DNA of 64,000 nucleotides from Laetmonice hystrix (Eukaryota): NCBI GenBank assembly GCA_965235115.1, contig OZ249436.1, positions 51,338,001 to 51,402,000 of the forward strand, read 5' to 3'. Shown piece by piece: positions 15,601 to 28,562 of this stretch (position 1 is its first letter; each line of letters starts with the position of its first letter). The notes under the pieces were generated by a model. It saw only the letters and a program-made list of their open reading frames with translations, ran no database searches and was not told where the DNA came from. The position numbers and the translations under genes were made by a program.

Positions 15601-16246
15601 GAAAAATTACGAAAGTGTAAACAATGACTATCTCTAATTTAAAAAACGAAAATCCTGAAATTGGCGGGGCTGAATATTCCATGTTTTACTTTGAAAAAGA
15701 TAAGTCTGCAATGCTGTCGAACCCCGACTGCCCGGTTGATTCACGATCGAGTCCCTATTAATTGAGATGCTAAAAATGAGGTCCCTATTATTAATTGGTG
15801 CATACTAAGCTCACGTACATAGGTCAAATGCATAGACCTATTTCCAACCCCCTGCCCCAGACTAAAGCGATTCTGTTCTAAAAAAAAGTTAAAGGGAGCC
15901 AATTACATCTTATGTTAGAAACATTCCAACTATATCCGCTATAGCTACCTGCATGTTTGCAAATTCATCTCCAGATGCCAATCATATTTGGCAGAATATC
16001 GCCTTGCAGGCCTAACCTGTCGTATAAACACCGGTTTCAATATATCGGGGTCATGCATGGTATCGGTTTTGGCAGCATGCAGTAGTCGTGACTAAACACC
16101 GAAACCAGGCGAATTTACCTAAACCTACCTTGGCATAGGCCTATATACCGACACCGACCTATTTTTGACCACGATTGGACATGATTCTTGGAAGACAGAG
16201 AGAGACAGAGAGACAGAGAGATACAGAAAGAGACATGGACAGACAG

Positions 16247-16431
16247 CAGGCGCGGATCCAGAAATTTGTGATGGGCGGGGGGGGGGGGGGGGGGGGTCCG
16301 AAAGATGCGAGCCGCTGGAGGAGGGGGCAAAAAGTCTGGGGCCCTTCCCCGATAACATAGCAAAAACCTAAGTTGGTCCTGAGCAGGGGGGGGGGGTCCG
16401 GACCCCCTCCCCCCCCCCGGATCCGCGCCTG
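16247..16431. mobile_element. MITE, 13-bp TIR, 5-bp TSD
   Basis: CAGGCGCGGATCC...GGATCCGCGCCTG; GACAG on both flanks. Confidence 0.85.
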
Positions 16432-16496
16432 GACAGGCAGACAGAACAGGCGGACGGACGGAGATAAAAAAAAAGGCTAAAAGTAAAGCCGACTGC

Positions 16497-16769
16497 ACTT
16501 GTATCGTATAACATAACAGTGCATAGGCATATTGGTTAGGGAGAGCACATCTTACGTACTTCACATTTGGAATTAATTTATTCTAGACGAATAAAGGGAT
16601 ATACAAAGATATGAGATATCAACATATATACCACCTCTCAAGGCGCCCTCTATCGTGGAGTTGCCACCTAGCGGCACATAGCTGACACACAGCTGGCTGT
16701 CGATGGACTGATTGTAGGCCATTTGTATGAAGGATACACACAGATATAATAACGAATAGCCTTACTAGA
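16497..16769 (+). repeat. Dispersed duplicate of ~798-1065
   Basis: Near-identical ~270 bp (cttgtat.gtataacataacagtgcatagg...agccttactag). Confidence 0.85.
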
Positions 16770-17281
16770 GCAATAGGCCTTCATAATAAATACTGTTGAA
16801 CTGTAATATTGCTGTAATACTGCAGCAACATACATTGAATTCCTGTTGAACTCTCATATTGCTGCAATACTGCAGCAACATATATTCAGAATACCGTAGC
16901 TTAATATTGCTACAATACTACAGCAATAGGCCTTCATATAAATACTGTTGAACTGTAATATTGCTGTAATACTGCAGCAACGTTAGGCCTACATGTAGGC
17001 CTGAATGTTGAACTATAATATTGCTGCCATCCTGTAGCAACATAGGCCTACATTAAATTTCTGTTGAACTCTCATATTGCTGCAATACTGTGTAATTTCA
17101 AATTGTTTAAAACATGACTGTACTTTATGCTGGCAACTAACACTGACTCAATATTACTGAAATATTTTACCTTTAACTATCTAAGATACAGTGTTGCAGC
17201 AACGTTGCAGCAATGTTACCCAAAGCGCAATACTCGTGCAACCATCCAGTAATATTGCTGGAATACTGCGTGTTAGCTGGG
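16770..17281. mobile_element. Partial DNA transposon with internal ~55-bp tandem repeats
   Basis: Repeats of tgttgaactgtaatattgctgtaatactgcagcaa; ends in GTTAGCTGGG, a CCCAG-type terminus; other terminus not found. Confidence 0.5.
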
Positions 17282-18366
17282 GTGTATTCAGGTCCGCGGA
17301 CGTTTTGGACCAGCGGACGTTTTACAACAGGTGTAATCCTTGGAAACTACCACGACCCTATGAAATCGTCCGGATATATGAGGGGTCTAGGATCGAGCCT
17401 TGGACCCCCTTGAATCCACCAGTGACCACTACATGCTCTTCCTTCTCAAATTTCCGGATCCCCCCTTTCCTATAACCAGCCATGTAAACAGAGATTGCAT
17501 ACGGCCGTCGCCCAGTGAACCGTTTTGTTTGTTGTTCTGACGATTAGAACATTAAAAGTTTACTTTACGAATGGTATTATGTTAAATGGTTCGTGATATG
17601 GTGACAGATGGCCCTCTTTAAACAATCATGTGAATGTTTTGACAGGACATCATTCAAGCTCCCACTGTCACGTTACCTAGCTGTAAACCTGTTGATTGAA
17701 ACGAAACGGAAGATATCCGAATTTCATCCGAATCAATCGAATCAACAGTTTCCTAAACCCATCTCCCTAACTAGATTGATACAGAAGGAAAGGAATTGTC
17801 AGGCCTGTTGAAAGAGGGTTTGCTCTTCCCTGAAAATTGACATGAAAAAGATTTTCTCTATACTTTTCTGGGCGTAAAGGGGTCATCTGTAAATTGGGGA
17901 GGCGGGTCGTCCGGCCCCCGACAGCCCCCCCCCCCTCCCACTTTGGCTACGGACCTGATCATGATTCGGCCAGGTTTCTTGTACAGGCAAACTGATCACA
18001 TTCAATCGACTTATTTACGCCGACACTCTGCAGCAGAATCAAACAAGAAGAATTAATGGTTCGAACTTTATACACTAGGTGTCGCCGCAAGGATAGGCGC
18101 TACATTTTATTGACGTCCTTCTGTCGGTAACACGGTGGTTGACGTGGCGCGATATTATTGGCAGCAAGCCGCTATTCAAACAGTTTAACTCAAATCATTC
18201 AAGGAAGGAAAATATTTATCGAATCAACGCAGTTGTGAAATTCATGACTACATCTGAGTCCATATCCACGAACGTTGAAAAGGATAATAATGTAGTCAAT
18301 GTATTACCGCAGCCAATGAATGACATAATGAACTTACACTAATTGAATGCTATAAATCAATCATGA

Positions 18367-18370
18367 ATAA

Positions 18371-18417
<47 letters not shown>

Positions 18418-18420
18418 ATA
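18367..18420. repeat. (TAAA)n microsatellite
   Basis: Direct reading. Confidence 0.95.
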
Positions 18421-19096
18421 CAGGTACAGAAAGGCATTGGTGTCACATATTTCAGAAGTACTCTAGATTAATGTCATTATGGTTAAGTGGGAGCGACATG
18501 ATAATATATACTTGTATTCCCAGTATAAACAGCGGGTGAGGCTCACTCATTAATTCAATAATTCGGCGCAGGTAAATATAGTAACACATTCAATGACTTC
18601 TATGTCTTCATTGTTCCTGAATCAGGGTTATAAACATGTTAATTGATAACGGTAATAGTTTCATGTGTATGCGAGATCTACCATTGTGGTATATGATACT
18701 TAACCATTGAAGCTGTAATATTTCTTCCTTAATTATGCTCGTCTGCCATCCGTGGATATGACCTGCCAAATGAACTCTTACTGTATCCATAACGGAAGAC
18801 CTAGTATAAGTCGTGTCCAATTAAGTCACCAGAGGGCGGCAGTGTCGCTGCCAATGTCCGTCTGGAAGAGGACGTGGTCGGGGAGCCCACTCATCATTTC
18901 GTTGGAGCACAGCCAAGGGAAACTACTTTCAATGGGAAGAGAAATGCAACTTTGGCAAGATGTAAGTATGATCTTGCCAGGTCTAGCTGTCCTTTACAGA
19001 GATCAAGGCAGGTAAATGCGTACACGGTAGATAATTCAAGTCAAACATGCATCGATCAGGCACTATATTCACAAATGGCACAAGAATAAAACCTTT

Positions 19097-19288
19097 ATTC
19101 CTCACTTACCTTTCCTATTCCCAAAGTGGCCGAAAAGGTACTCCATATGTTAGGGGTAACAACCGATAACAGAACAGCCCTATCAAATCCAGGTCGTGTA
19201 GCTGCCACATTTTGAATAGGATATGCTGAGCTGTTTGAAATTTGAAATTTTATGCGCTAGAGAATGGGATATGTAAGTGGGGGATTAT
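19097..19288. mobile_element. Degenerate MITE, same family as 24038-24245
   Basis: Shares internal agccctatcaaa.ccaggtcgtgta.ctg.cacattttgaatagga and inverted termini. Confidence 0.65.
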
Positions 19289-19400
19289 GGTATACACGGA
19301 GAGCCCATAAGTCGTGGTGTATCGTCCAGGGGCTCAAGATACTGGATGGATAGTGTCAACCAGTCCATCACATCCGCCGACCTTCCAAACCGCAACGCTT

Positions 19401-19401
<1 letters not shown>

Positions 19402-19470
<69 letters not shown>

Positions 19471-19482
19471 GAGGGAGAGAGA
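19402..19482. repeat. (GA)n microsatellite
   Basis: Direct reading. Confidence 0.95.
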
Positions 19483-20980
19483 TAGGCAAAGCCCACTGTA
19501 ATGATTTTACTCGACGTACGTATATTTTCCATAATGTATACCTGAACAAGATTAAAGAATCAAAACTTGGAACCATCAGCTCATAGAATAATCATTATGT
19601 AAGGTTTTATTAAAATACCGCACAAGATAATGTTCATTGAAATGTATCTTCTAGACGATACACAGTTGCGATACAGATAGGTATAGGTATAGGCTCTGAA
19701 ACCATTTTCATGTAGTAAGGACAACGAAACTTTGTTCAGATTGTTATCCAAACGACTCCCCGTCGTATTTAATACATTGTTTCAGGAGAATTCTATCTTA
19801 AATCAAGGTACATACTGCATAAACTCTTGATCACAGCAGTCAATATGAGTATACGCTGTCAATTTACTAACCTGATACCGCAACCGTGACCAGAATTGAC
19901 GATACACATGATTACCATAAGCTTGTAACTCCTCAGCCATGCAGTTTCAGATTGTAATGGCAAACACCTATCAAAATGCTAATTTTGTTTTCTATAACAG
20001 GTTATCACCTTGTACCCAATGAACGATAATGCTATTCCACCTAATTTGAAACCATGCATGGCAGCTTAATGTATATCAATTGTGCGCGTCATTAGCATCT
20101 GTCGCGATTAATTGATCTAGAAGACATAATTCAATCCAATAAATATTATCCGGAGCTGCAACCATTAATTATTTTGTTGTCAATCGCAGGAGTGAGGGCA
20201 TCTCCCGTGAACTCTATGTATAAATTCCATTTGAAATCATTGTACCCACTGCTTTAATGCTTACACGAACTGAAGGAACATAAGAGGATATTGACATTTC
20301 GTTATATTTGCAATCTGTTCCGTCGCTTTAGGGACGTATTAACCGTTCACGACCTCCCCCGTCCCTGTCCACTTGTCATCGCCCCAGCCCCCGCGTCCCT
20401 ATACATTCAGTAAGCACAGGGCAGTATTTTCGTTGTTCACAACAAGTGTAGTGGAGGGGTTTGTTGACCGTTTAGAAAGGCAATGTTTGAGAATAAATTG
20501 CAAACCCCTCTTCATAAATAGTGCGTCGAATGTGCATAAATCTATGCCGGATCGTTCACGTTAATACGGATGATAAACAGAATATTCCTTGCCACTTCCA
20601 GCAAATAGTAGAACAGTAGAACAAAATTATTACTGGGAATGCTAATTGATTCAGACCAGCATCTCCAAGCGACCACTTGTTCACTCCCTAAGTATACTTA
20701 ACCCTTCCACCTCATCATTCAAGTGGTCGGATAATCTCATTGGGTCGCCCCAGGCTCAGGGCTTCCACCGACGGGACTGCCGGTTTATCCGGGAGTTTGC
20801 TGATTCGCCTCCATCAGTCAACAGCAGCTGTGTGTTACCCCAATGTTTTTGTATGAGCTCTTCTGAAAATCCGCCAGACCCAGGACTAGAAGCTTCAGTG
20901 ACACAGCCACGTTCACCAACCTTTTCGAGTCTCATTAGAGGATTTAAAAAAGAATAGTTTCAAGAGATCCAACCAAACCC

Positions 20981-21262
20981 CAGGGGCGGATAAAGGTTTG
21001 CGCATAAGGGGGGCAAGAGAGGGGTTGTGGGTACCAAAGGGGTTGTAAGTGCAAGGGATAGGTGGGTGCCAACAGGGGGTTGTGGCTACGAAGTGCGGGG
21101 GTCGTGGGTGCCAAGGAACTTGTGGGTGCTAAGGGGGGGGGGGTGCCAAGAGGGGTGGTTGTGTATGTGTGGTTTGATCTTTTCAAGCAGAAAAAAAAGA
21201 AAAATTACTTCGTAAGGGAGGGGGGTTGCAAGCGCCGTAACCCCCCTCTGTATCCGCCACTG
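20981..21262. mobile_element. MITE of CAGGGGCGGAT family
   Basis: CAGGGGCGGATA...TATCCGCCACTG; flanks AACCC/CACCC. Confidence 0.7.
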
Positions 21263-22427
21263 CACCCGTTGTAACCGGTTGAATTAAGGTCTTTCAACCT
21301 TTGTTTGTCAGCTGATGTCATTTCAGGATATTACATCGTAAACTCGAAAAGAAAACAGTGCATGAATATGTACGAACAGGCTAGTCATACAGAAAAACAG
21401 ACTGGGATCGACAACAGTCTTGTACCGTTTACTTCATGTATGGAAACCCCGAGAGAACCATCCCGAACGGATGTACACAATGTATTTATGACAAGCAATA
21501 ATGTCAAGTTGGCAGCAAGAGAGCGCCAGTAAAATGTGGCGGATGTAGCTATAGCTGGCGGATGTCTCCAAGAATGCAGGTAAGGACAGGACGGGAACCC
21601 TTCAGTGCTGTATGGTATTATGTTAAAGGTAACCTCAAGTTCACTACGTCTTCCTGTGCATCTTCGTCAACCCCCAGAGAAAAGGGTACGCCATTTCCAA
21701 ACGTGTTCCTGCAACTCGTTCCTTAAAGTACGGTGATCTTGGTGTGGATTGTTGGCCGACGTCCGTGGGAGCTGTAACATGTGGAGCTGTAGTGGAACTC
21801 TTGATGAGGGACCGTCAGCGGTGATCGACGAGCTCGTTCGTCTAGGGGCCACCGGGGCCGGTGATTGTCCGGAGACGGAGGCAACTCATTCCATGCTTCC
21901 CAAACTCTTTAATGGGATAGTGCCGTATGTCATCGATATAACCGCGACAGAGCAGAGTTAAAGATCCGAGAGTTTCTCTGTGGTCGGACTGATTTAGTCT
22001 ATTTCCGATTCATTTCATCGTTTGTCTACCAGGGGAAAACATTTGTCAAAATATAATAATCAGTTGAGATAGTATATACTCCACCCAATAAAAGTACTTT
22101 TTTAACGGCAGGTTGAGAATTCTTTATTGAACCCACAAGATTTAATGCGATATTTATGTATACGGCATTAATTCCAGCTCTCTTCGTAACAAAATTTAAG
22201 AATACCGGCAATAATAACCGAGAGCGTCTGAGAACAGAGAAAGCAATAATATTAAAAATTAAAATGGCAGAAATGAGCAAATTCATCCTTGTAGTCCTGC
22301 ATGCGTCTTAGCGTCAACAATTGAACATAGCGGAAGGGGTGCTTCATTCCACACCGCATTGAATCATACATTTTAAAATGCAATGGTTAAATTAGAATTC
22401 CCAACATCAATGTGCAAATCCAGAGTG

Positions 22428-22606
22428 TCACTTGCGAACAAGATTGAGGAGCAGTGGGCTTTCTCGTTTACCGTTACAGCCATCCTTGGCGCATGTGCGC
22501 GTGCACATTGTGACTGGTTTGCCTTTGTTCAAGTAGTCTATACCCGGCATGCAGCTGTCAGGAAAGTAGACCGGCATGCACGTTCTCGTCAGCGTCTGCA
22601 TTTTGT
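22428..22606 (-). CDS. Ly6/uPAR (three-finger) secreted protein, exon 3
   Basis: Acceptor cacattacag, phase 1; DKMQTLTRTCMPVYFPDSCMPG...MCTRTCAKDGCNG, with the terminal C-x4-CN motif of LU domains. Confidence 0.85.
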
Positions 22607-22926
22607 CTGTAATGTGCAGAAACACATTTGCATCTTTTGAGGTGAGGATTTTATGAAGTTTATGACAGGTTTGTTCTGGTTGATAAACTCGTCACTTTAC
22701 AAGTATAAAATAAACTCACTATAATTATTAAATGGATGAGTAATAACTTCTTACGGATATCTAAAGTTTTTCAAGAAGAGAGAAAGAATAAAATAAGCAA
22801 GCAAGGAAGAAAGTCTCGTGTGACCTTTAAATATCATGAGAAGAACGGTCCACGCATAGTTCTCGGCATCCTATTGCTATATCACATTAACTTGAAAGCC
22901 GGACAGCCGTAAGCCCGACCACTTAC

Positions 22927-23058
22927 CCAAGTGATTGTATTTCGTGACAGTGCTGCAGTAATCAAAGGGACCGAAACACTTTCTGGGTTCCGGAGGGTTC
23001 ACAATGCAATCGATTCCATCCTTTTCGGTATCACATATGGAACACGTAATAGCCTGCC
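22927..23058 (-). CDS. Ly6/uPAR (three-finger) secreted protein, exon 2
   Basis: Acceptor tttgcag, donor GTAAGT, phase 1/1; GQAITCSICDTEKDGIDCIVNPPEPRKCFGPFDYCSTVTKYNHL. Confidence 0.88.
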
Positions 23059-23466
23059 CTGCAAAACCAAACATGGTCAAACCCGCTGAAATCTGACGAT
23101 GATATGAGGTTTACGCCCTTAGGGCAGTTATAACGACAGTTTTCAGAACCTATTTCTCACACGTGAGGCCCGAACCCACTATGCGATTCATCCTTGCGAC
23201 ACCAATCGCAAGCCTTGCGATTGGTGTTGCAAGGCTTGCAACTGGTGTCGCAAGTATGAATCGCATAGTGGGTTCGGGCCTTAAATCCCACATGTAGACT
23301 GGAAACAAGGTTACAACAGTTATACATGAGGAACTTGGCTATGTTTACATATCTTCCATGATTATTCAATATTGGTTTGTGAACGTTTTCCTGTAAATTT
23401 TAGCGAACATCGAACCACTTTCCTCTATACTGTTTTGGGGTAGCTCGAGACAGGAATCTACCTTAA

Positions 23467-23805
23467 AGGTGCTATTCGTGAACAAAAATTCAATTTTTTT
23501 ATTTTTAATTTTGTTGACGTTTATGTGAGCCCACCTATCATGGAAATAGATTCACAACAAAGGAAATCAAAATTTTTCATGGATAACGGCACAAATGGGG
23601 CTCTCTCAGAAGGCCTGTTGAGACCCTGACACGCCCCACCATAGGAAATGGCTCTATCTCGGTGCGCACCGAGATAGGTTTCAAATGCTGCACACAAACT
23701 AATAGAAGGTTTATCAGGCCAATGGTATCGGTAGGAATTTTTTCTAGTACTATGTGCACAATGTATGATAGGAGAAATGCCATTCTGTGCGAGACGAATA
23801 GCACC
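23467..23805. mobile_element. Kolobok-like MITE
   Basis: TTAA|AGGTGCTATTCGT...ACGAATAGCACCT|TTAA, perfect 13-bp TIR. Confidence 0.85.
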
Positions 23806-24037
23806 TTTAAACAGGGGTGGCGGAATGAAAAAAGTGGGTGGGCTAACTCCGCCATAGAAATGACTGCAGGGTGTGGGGGTCCGCGGTCACCAGCGAGGAA
23901 TTTAGCGATTTGACATACTTTAATATGCATTTTGGTGCCATTACCGAGAATTTCTAAATTAGTGTCCACTGAATACACGTTTTTAAAAACTTTTTTATTT
24001 GCAAAATTTTATACAGTTTTGACGGTTTATACCTTAA

Positions 24038-24245
24038 TCCCCCACTTACCTGCCCTATTCCAGAAGTGCCCAAAAATTGTCTAAGTCCGAAAAGACACTC
24101 CATTGGTCGGGGGTTTACAACAGATAACAGAAGAGCCCTATCAAAACCAGGTCGTGTATCTGTCACATTTTGAATAGGACATCCTGAGCTGTTTGAAATT
24201 TGAAATTTTATGTGGTATAGGGAGTAGGACAAGTAAGTAAGGGGA
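24038..24245. mobile_element. TTAA-flanked MITE
   Basis: TTAA|TCCCC-ACTTAC...GTAAG-GGGA|TTAA. Confidence 0.7.
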
Positions 24246-24863
24246 TTAAGTAGTTTTGAAGCTACCTCTTATGTCTATTCCATGATTTCAAATTTATAAT
24301 TATTTAAACATCATTATCAAGATGAGTAGGCCTATGCTGATAGGCAACGTTGCTTTCGTAAACAACGTTGCCAAACATACTTACAAAGTGTCATGCCGCT
24401 TTCACTGATAAAATACAGAATCAACCCCCCCCCCCCGAGCCCCCTCCCCCCGGCTCCGCGAAACCTGCAGCACGCCAACTTGTCAGAAATCTTATAACAC
24501 TGAGCATAGTCTCGAGTTCATCGCTGAAGTAAGGCGAGCCCAAAGCAGACATCCATGGACAGGCATATGAGATGTTATACTTTTAAGGGCAAACGCCTCC
24601 ACAGGCGCATAGTTGTTGGTTGGGGGCTGAGAGTGGCTGGTGTGTGGTGTCCCACGAGCACCGAAGGCGCGAGCTGTATATTCAGGGGGGGGGGGGGAGG
24701 GGGCGGGGCGGAGGGGGGGGGGCGGAGGCGGGGGGCTCCCCGGATTTTTTTTTAATTTGGCTCCCCGGAAATGTTTTAATTTGAAAGGCACAAAACGGTA
24801 TTTGGCAGCATCTGGAGATCAAATTCTTACTGAAATGAAGAGCCCCGGGGTGATCTGGCCGTC

Positions 24864-27108
24864 TAGTCCAGTTGAAATTTCCGGAACCTAGAAATGTTCT
24901 TTCCTATGAAATTTTTTTGTTGATTCATACTCTAATGGGGTCCTAGAACAAATTCAACTTGGTTGCCCCAAGGGCAACTTTGGGCAAATCTCGTAATCTG
25001 CATAAATCCAAGATGGCTGCCAGACGCCGTCATGAAAATTTAACTTTTGAACCACTTGCCTTAAAATGATGTATAATACGTCATTTTAGGGGTTTTTGGG
25101 TATGTGGAATCCATTTCTGATGTTATTTTTTCAATTGAAGGTCAAGGTCAGGTCAAATTCAAGATGGCCGCCCAACGCTACCTTGAAAATTTAACTTTTG
25201 AACCACTTGCTTTAGAATGATGTATAATACGTCATTTTATGGGGTTTTGGGTATGTAGAATCAATTTCTGATGTTATTTTTTCAATTGAAGGTCAAGGTC
25301 AGGTCAAATTCAAGATGGCCGCCCAGCGCTACCTTGAAAATTTAACTTTTAAACCACCTGCCTTAGAATAATGTATAATACGTCATTTTAGGGGTTTTTG
25401 GGTATGTAGAATCCATTTCTGATGTTATATTTTCAATTGAAGGTCAAGGTCAGGTCAAATTCAAGATGGCCGCCCAAAGCCACCTTGAAAATTTAACTTT
25501 TGAACCACTTGCCTTAGAATGATGTATAATACGTCTTTTTAGGGGTTTTAGGAGTTGACACCAACCTGCCCATAGTGATTAGGACCCTACTCCAACTGCC
25601 TGTAGTGATTAGATCCCAATATACCCCACCTGGCTGTAGTGAGTGAGTGAGTAGTTGGTGTTTAACGCCCAGTCAGCCACCTGTAGAGATTAGGGCCCTA
25701 TATACCCCAGCTGACTGTAGTGAATAGGAATCTATATACGCCACCTGCCTGTATTTTTCTTTTGAAATGCACGGGCATCAGGGGTAACCCAATTACTTTG
25801 ACAATGTCCTTAAAGAGAAAAGTCGTATAGTCCTCTACAGGAATCGAGCCCCGGCCCCAAGATTACTGCACCCATTTGCATGGCATAAGGTGTCGACGCC
25901 CATGCCCACTCGGCCACCGCCACTCCCCTAAAAAGGAAGCTTTGGTGGTCGAGTAGGACAATGGACCCTCCCCCCTACACACATCTTCCGAATTGAGACG
26001 GAATCCATATTTTCCTAGATAGAGCTACACATGATTTCTACCGAACATTGACTGTTAAGGTAATCCTGGCACTGGCGTAGACTGTATTTTTCTTTTGAAA
26101 TGCACAGGCATCAGGGGTAACCCAATTACTTTGACAATGTCCCTAAAGAGAAAAGTTGTATAGTCCTCTACAGGAATCGAACCCCGGCCCCAAGATTACT
26201 GCACCCATTCGCATAGCATAAGGTATCGACGCCCATGCCCACTCGGCCACCGCCACTCCCCCGTGATTAGGAACCTATATACCCCACATGACTGTAGTGA
26301 TTAGGGCCCTATATACCCCACCAAACAGTATAGTGAAGCCAAACAATACAGTGAAGGCAAAAGGTACAGTGAGGCCAAACAGTGCACGGAGGCCAAACAG
26401 TACAGTGAGAAGTCATGGTACTGGCTAGCCTGTTTCCTGTGGGGTTACAAGGGAGCCTCCTGTTTGTTACCAGCCGTTTATTGCCATTCTAAGACCCTAA
26501 CCTGACCTTGACCTTCAATTGAAAAAATAACATCAGAATTGGATTGATTCTACACACCCAAAAACCCCTAAAAAGACGTATTATACATCATTCTAATGCA
26601 AGTGGTTCAAAAGTTAAATTTTCAAGGTGGTGTTGGGCGGCCACCTTGAATTTGACCTGACCTTGACCTTCAATTGAAAAAATAACATCGGAAATGGATT
26701 CTACATACCCAAAAACCCCTAAAATGACGTATTATACATCATTCTAAGGCAAGTGGTTCAAAAGTTAAATTTTCAAGGTAGCGTTGGCGGCCATCTTGAA
26801 TTTGACCTGACCCTGACCTTCAATTGAAAAAATAACATCAGAAATGGATTCTACATACCCAAAAACCCCTAAAATGATGTATTATACATCATTCTAAGGG
26901 AAGTGGTTCAAAAGTTAAATTTTCAAGGTGGCGTTGGGCGGCCATCTTGGATTTATGCAGATTACGAGATTTGCCCAAAGTTGCCCTTTGGGCAACCAAG
27001 CTGAATTTGTTCTAGGACCCCATTAGAGTATAAATCAACAACAAAATTTCATAGGAAAGAACATTTCTAGGTTGGTGTATTGAACACATAGGACTGTCAA
27101 ATGGACTA
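24864..27108. mobile_element. Academ-like non-autonomous foldback element
   Basis: TAGTCCA termini, GTC 3-bp TSD; ~600-700-bp inverted arms built from ~152-bp tandem units. Confidence 0.8.
25751..26262 (-). mobile_element. Insertion with two ~178-bp direct repeats, each with a tRNA-type Pol III promoter (SINE-like)
   Basis: Repeats ~25751-25928 and ~26084-26261; minus strand shows TGGCCGAGTGG (A-box) and GGTTCGATTCC/GGCTCGATTCC (B-box). Confidence 0.65.
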
Positions 27109-28263
27109 GTCCCAGGGAGGCCTATAAGGATTTAAGGACCGCTGCCCCCCACCCCGGTTCCTACGCCTACGCTCCACAAAGCAATAGTTGGAACCTGAAG
27201 CTTCCGGGGGAATACCTCGTTATGACGGTGTTTTTATGAGTATGAGAGTAGGCCTATTCTATAGTCTCGGGGCGAGTCTGAGGGGTGGAGCACAAACTGC
27301 CATGAAGGTCGAAATGACATTATGTGTTGGTTGGAGGAGGGGGGCGCTCAGACCCAACCCGTGTGAAGCACCAGATCATATAGCCAGTGATGTACAATGT
27401 CGGGGGTTTGCGGGACAGGAGTGTATAGGGTGACTTCAGATGACAATCGGACATCGATCCTGTAACATTGAGCTTGTGAAGGTCAGATGATGAATCAGAC
27501 AGTCGAGTGCAGTAAAGTGCATGGTGGGATATCAATTTGACGTTTACTGTGGACAAAAGGCGCGCATTCCGACCCGAAACTGAGAAAGCTGAACGACTTC
27601 AGATATCCAGACTGTGTTCAGGCAGTTCGTGCTGCCTCGCCCGGTGTGTGTAACAAAACTAACTATATATATGAACGTGATGGTCTGAAAGTGAGGACAG
27701 TGATGGTTTGTTTATAATGTAATGCACTCTTTGTCCACAAAAAAATGAATACGAGGATGTTGCTCACGTCCCCTGGGGGTTGATGAGGGTAGAGGTCATG
27801 TACTCTGTGTCCCAAGGGCCTTCATTACCTTGGTGATTTTAGAGGGGCATTTGTCACTACCGATTCCGAATCCGGTACCGTGTACCCGATCCTAGTTCAC
27901 ACTTCTCAAATAGCGTCATTATCAACAAAGATCGGCTCGAGTACATACAATTACCTTGACTTACTTTGTCTTTGATATAACTTACCAGTACTTAATGATT
28001 ATTTTTCTGTATTATGATAGGACTTTGAGGATCATTGGCGTGCCCCATGATCAATGATAGATGCCTACACCACCGATTAGGAAACAAACCAAAAACGAAA
28101 CCAAACCATGTGGTCAATAGGAAAAGGTCAGCCAACTGGTGGTAACTCCTGACAGTTTGGCCATTTACTATCTAATAAATTTTATGTACTTCCTACTGGT
28201 GAGTAAAAAAACAGAACATTATAACAAAATGACATTTATTGGATACATTGTTAATACATGTGT

Positions 28264-28562
28264 ATATACGCCGAACAGTTGGACGTATAAAGATCAACAT
28301 AAACCTAATAAGCCCAACCGTTGTGCATATAAGGTCCATGTTGATCCTAAAACGCCCAACGGTTCAGGGGTGCGTTTCACAACCTGTCGTAAGCTTGTCG
28401 TATCGTAAACACCAATGTATTTTCAATGGGGAGTTTTACGCACGACAGGGTTACGATTGTTGTAAAACGCACCAGCGTATCAGGTTCAACACTATTATAC
28501 GCCCAACGGTTGGGCGTATAGGGATTAACATGAACCTTATACGCCCAACGGTTGGGCGTATA
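28264..28562. repeat. Repeated palindromes TATACGCCCAACGGTTGGGCGTATA
   Basis: Two near-perfect copies at ~28496 and ~28538, degenerate copies upstream. Confidence 0.75.

Noticed and set aside
20680..20940. Minus-strand peptide-precursor-like text (RRWKP*AWG)
   Set aside because: In-frame stop, no signal peptide and no repeated cleavage sites.
16115..24891. Gly/Pro-rich and RE-repeat ORFs in the ORF track
   Set aside because: They arise from poly-G/C tracts in MITEs and from (GA)n microsatellites.
25751..25800. Hammerhead ribozyme in the direct repeats (minus-strand CTGATG...GAAA)
   Set aside because: The core lacks the invariant CUGANGA, and I could not build the three helices by eye.
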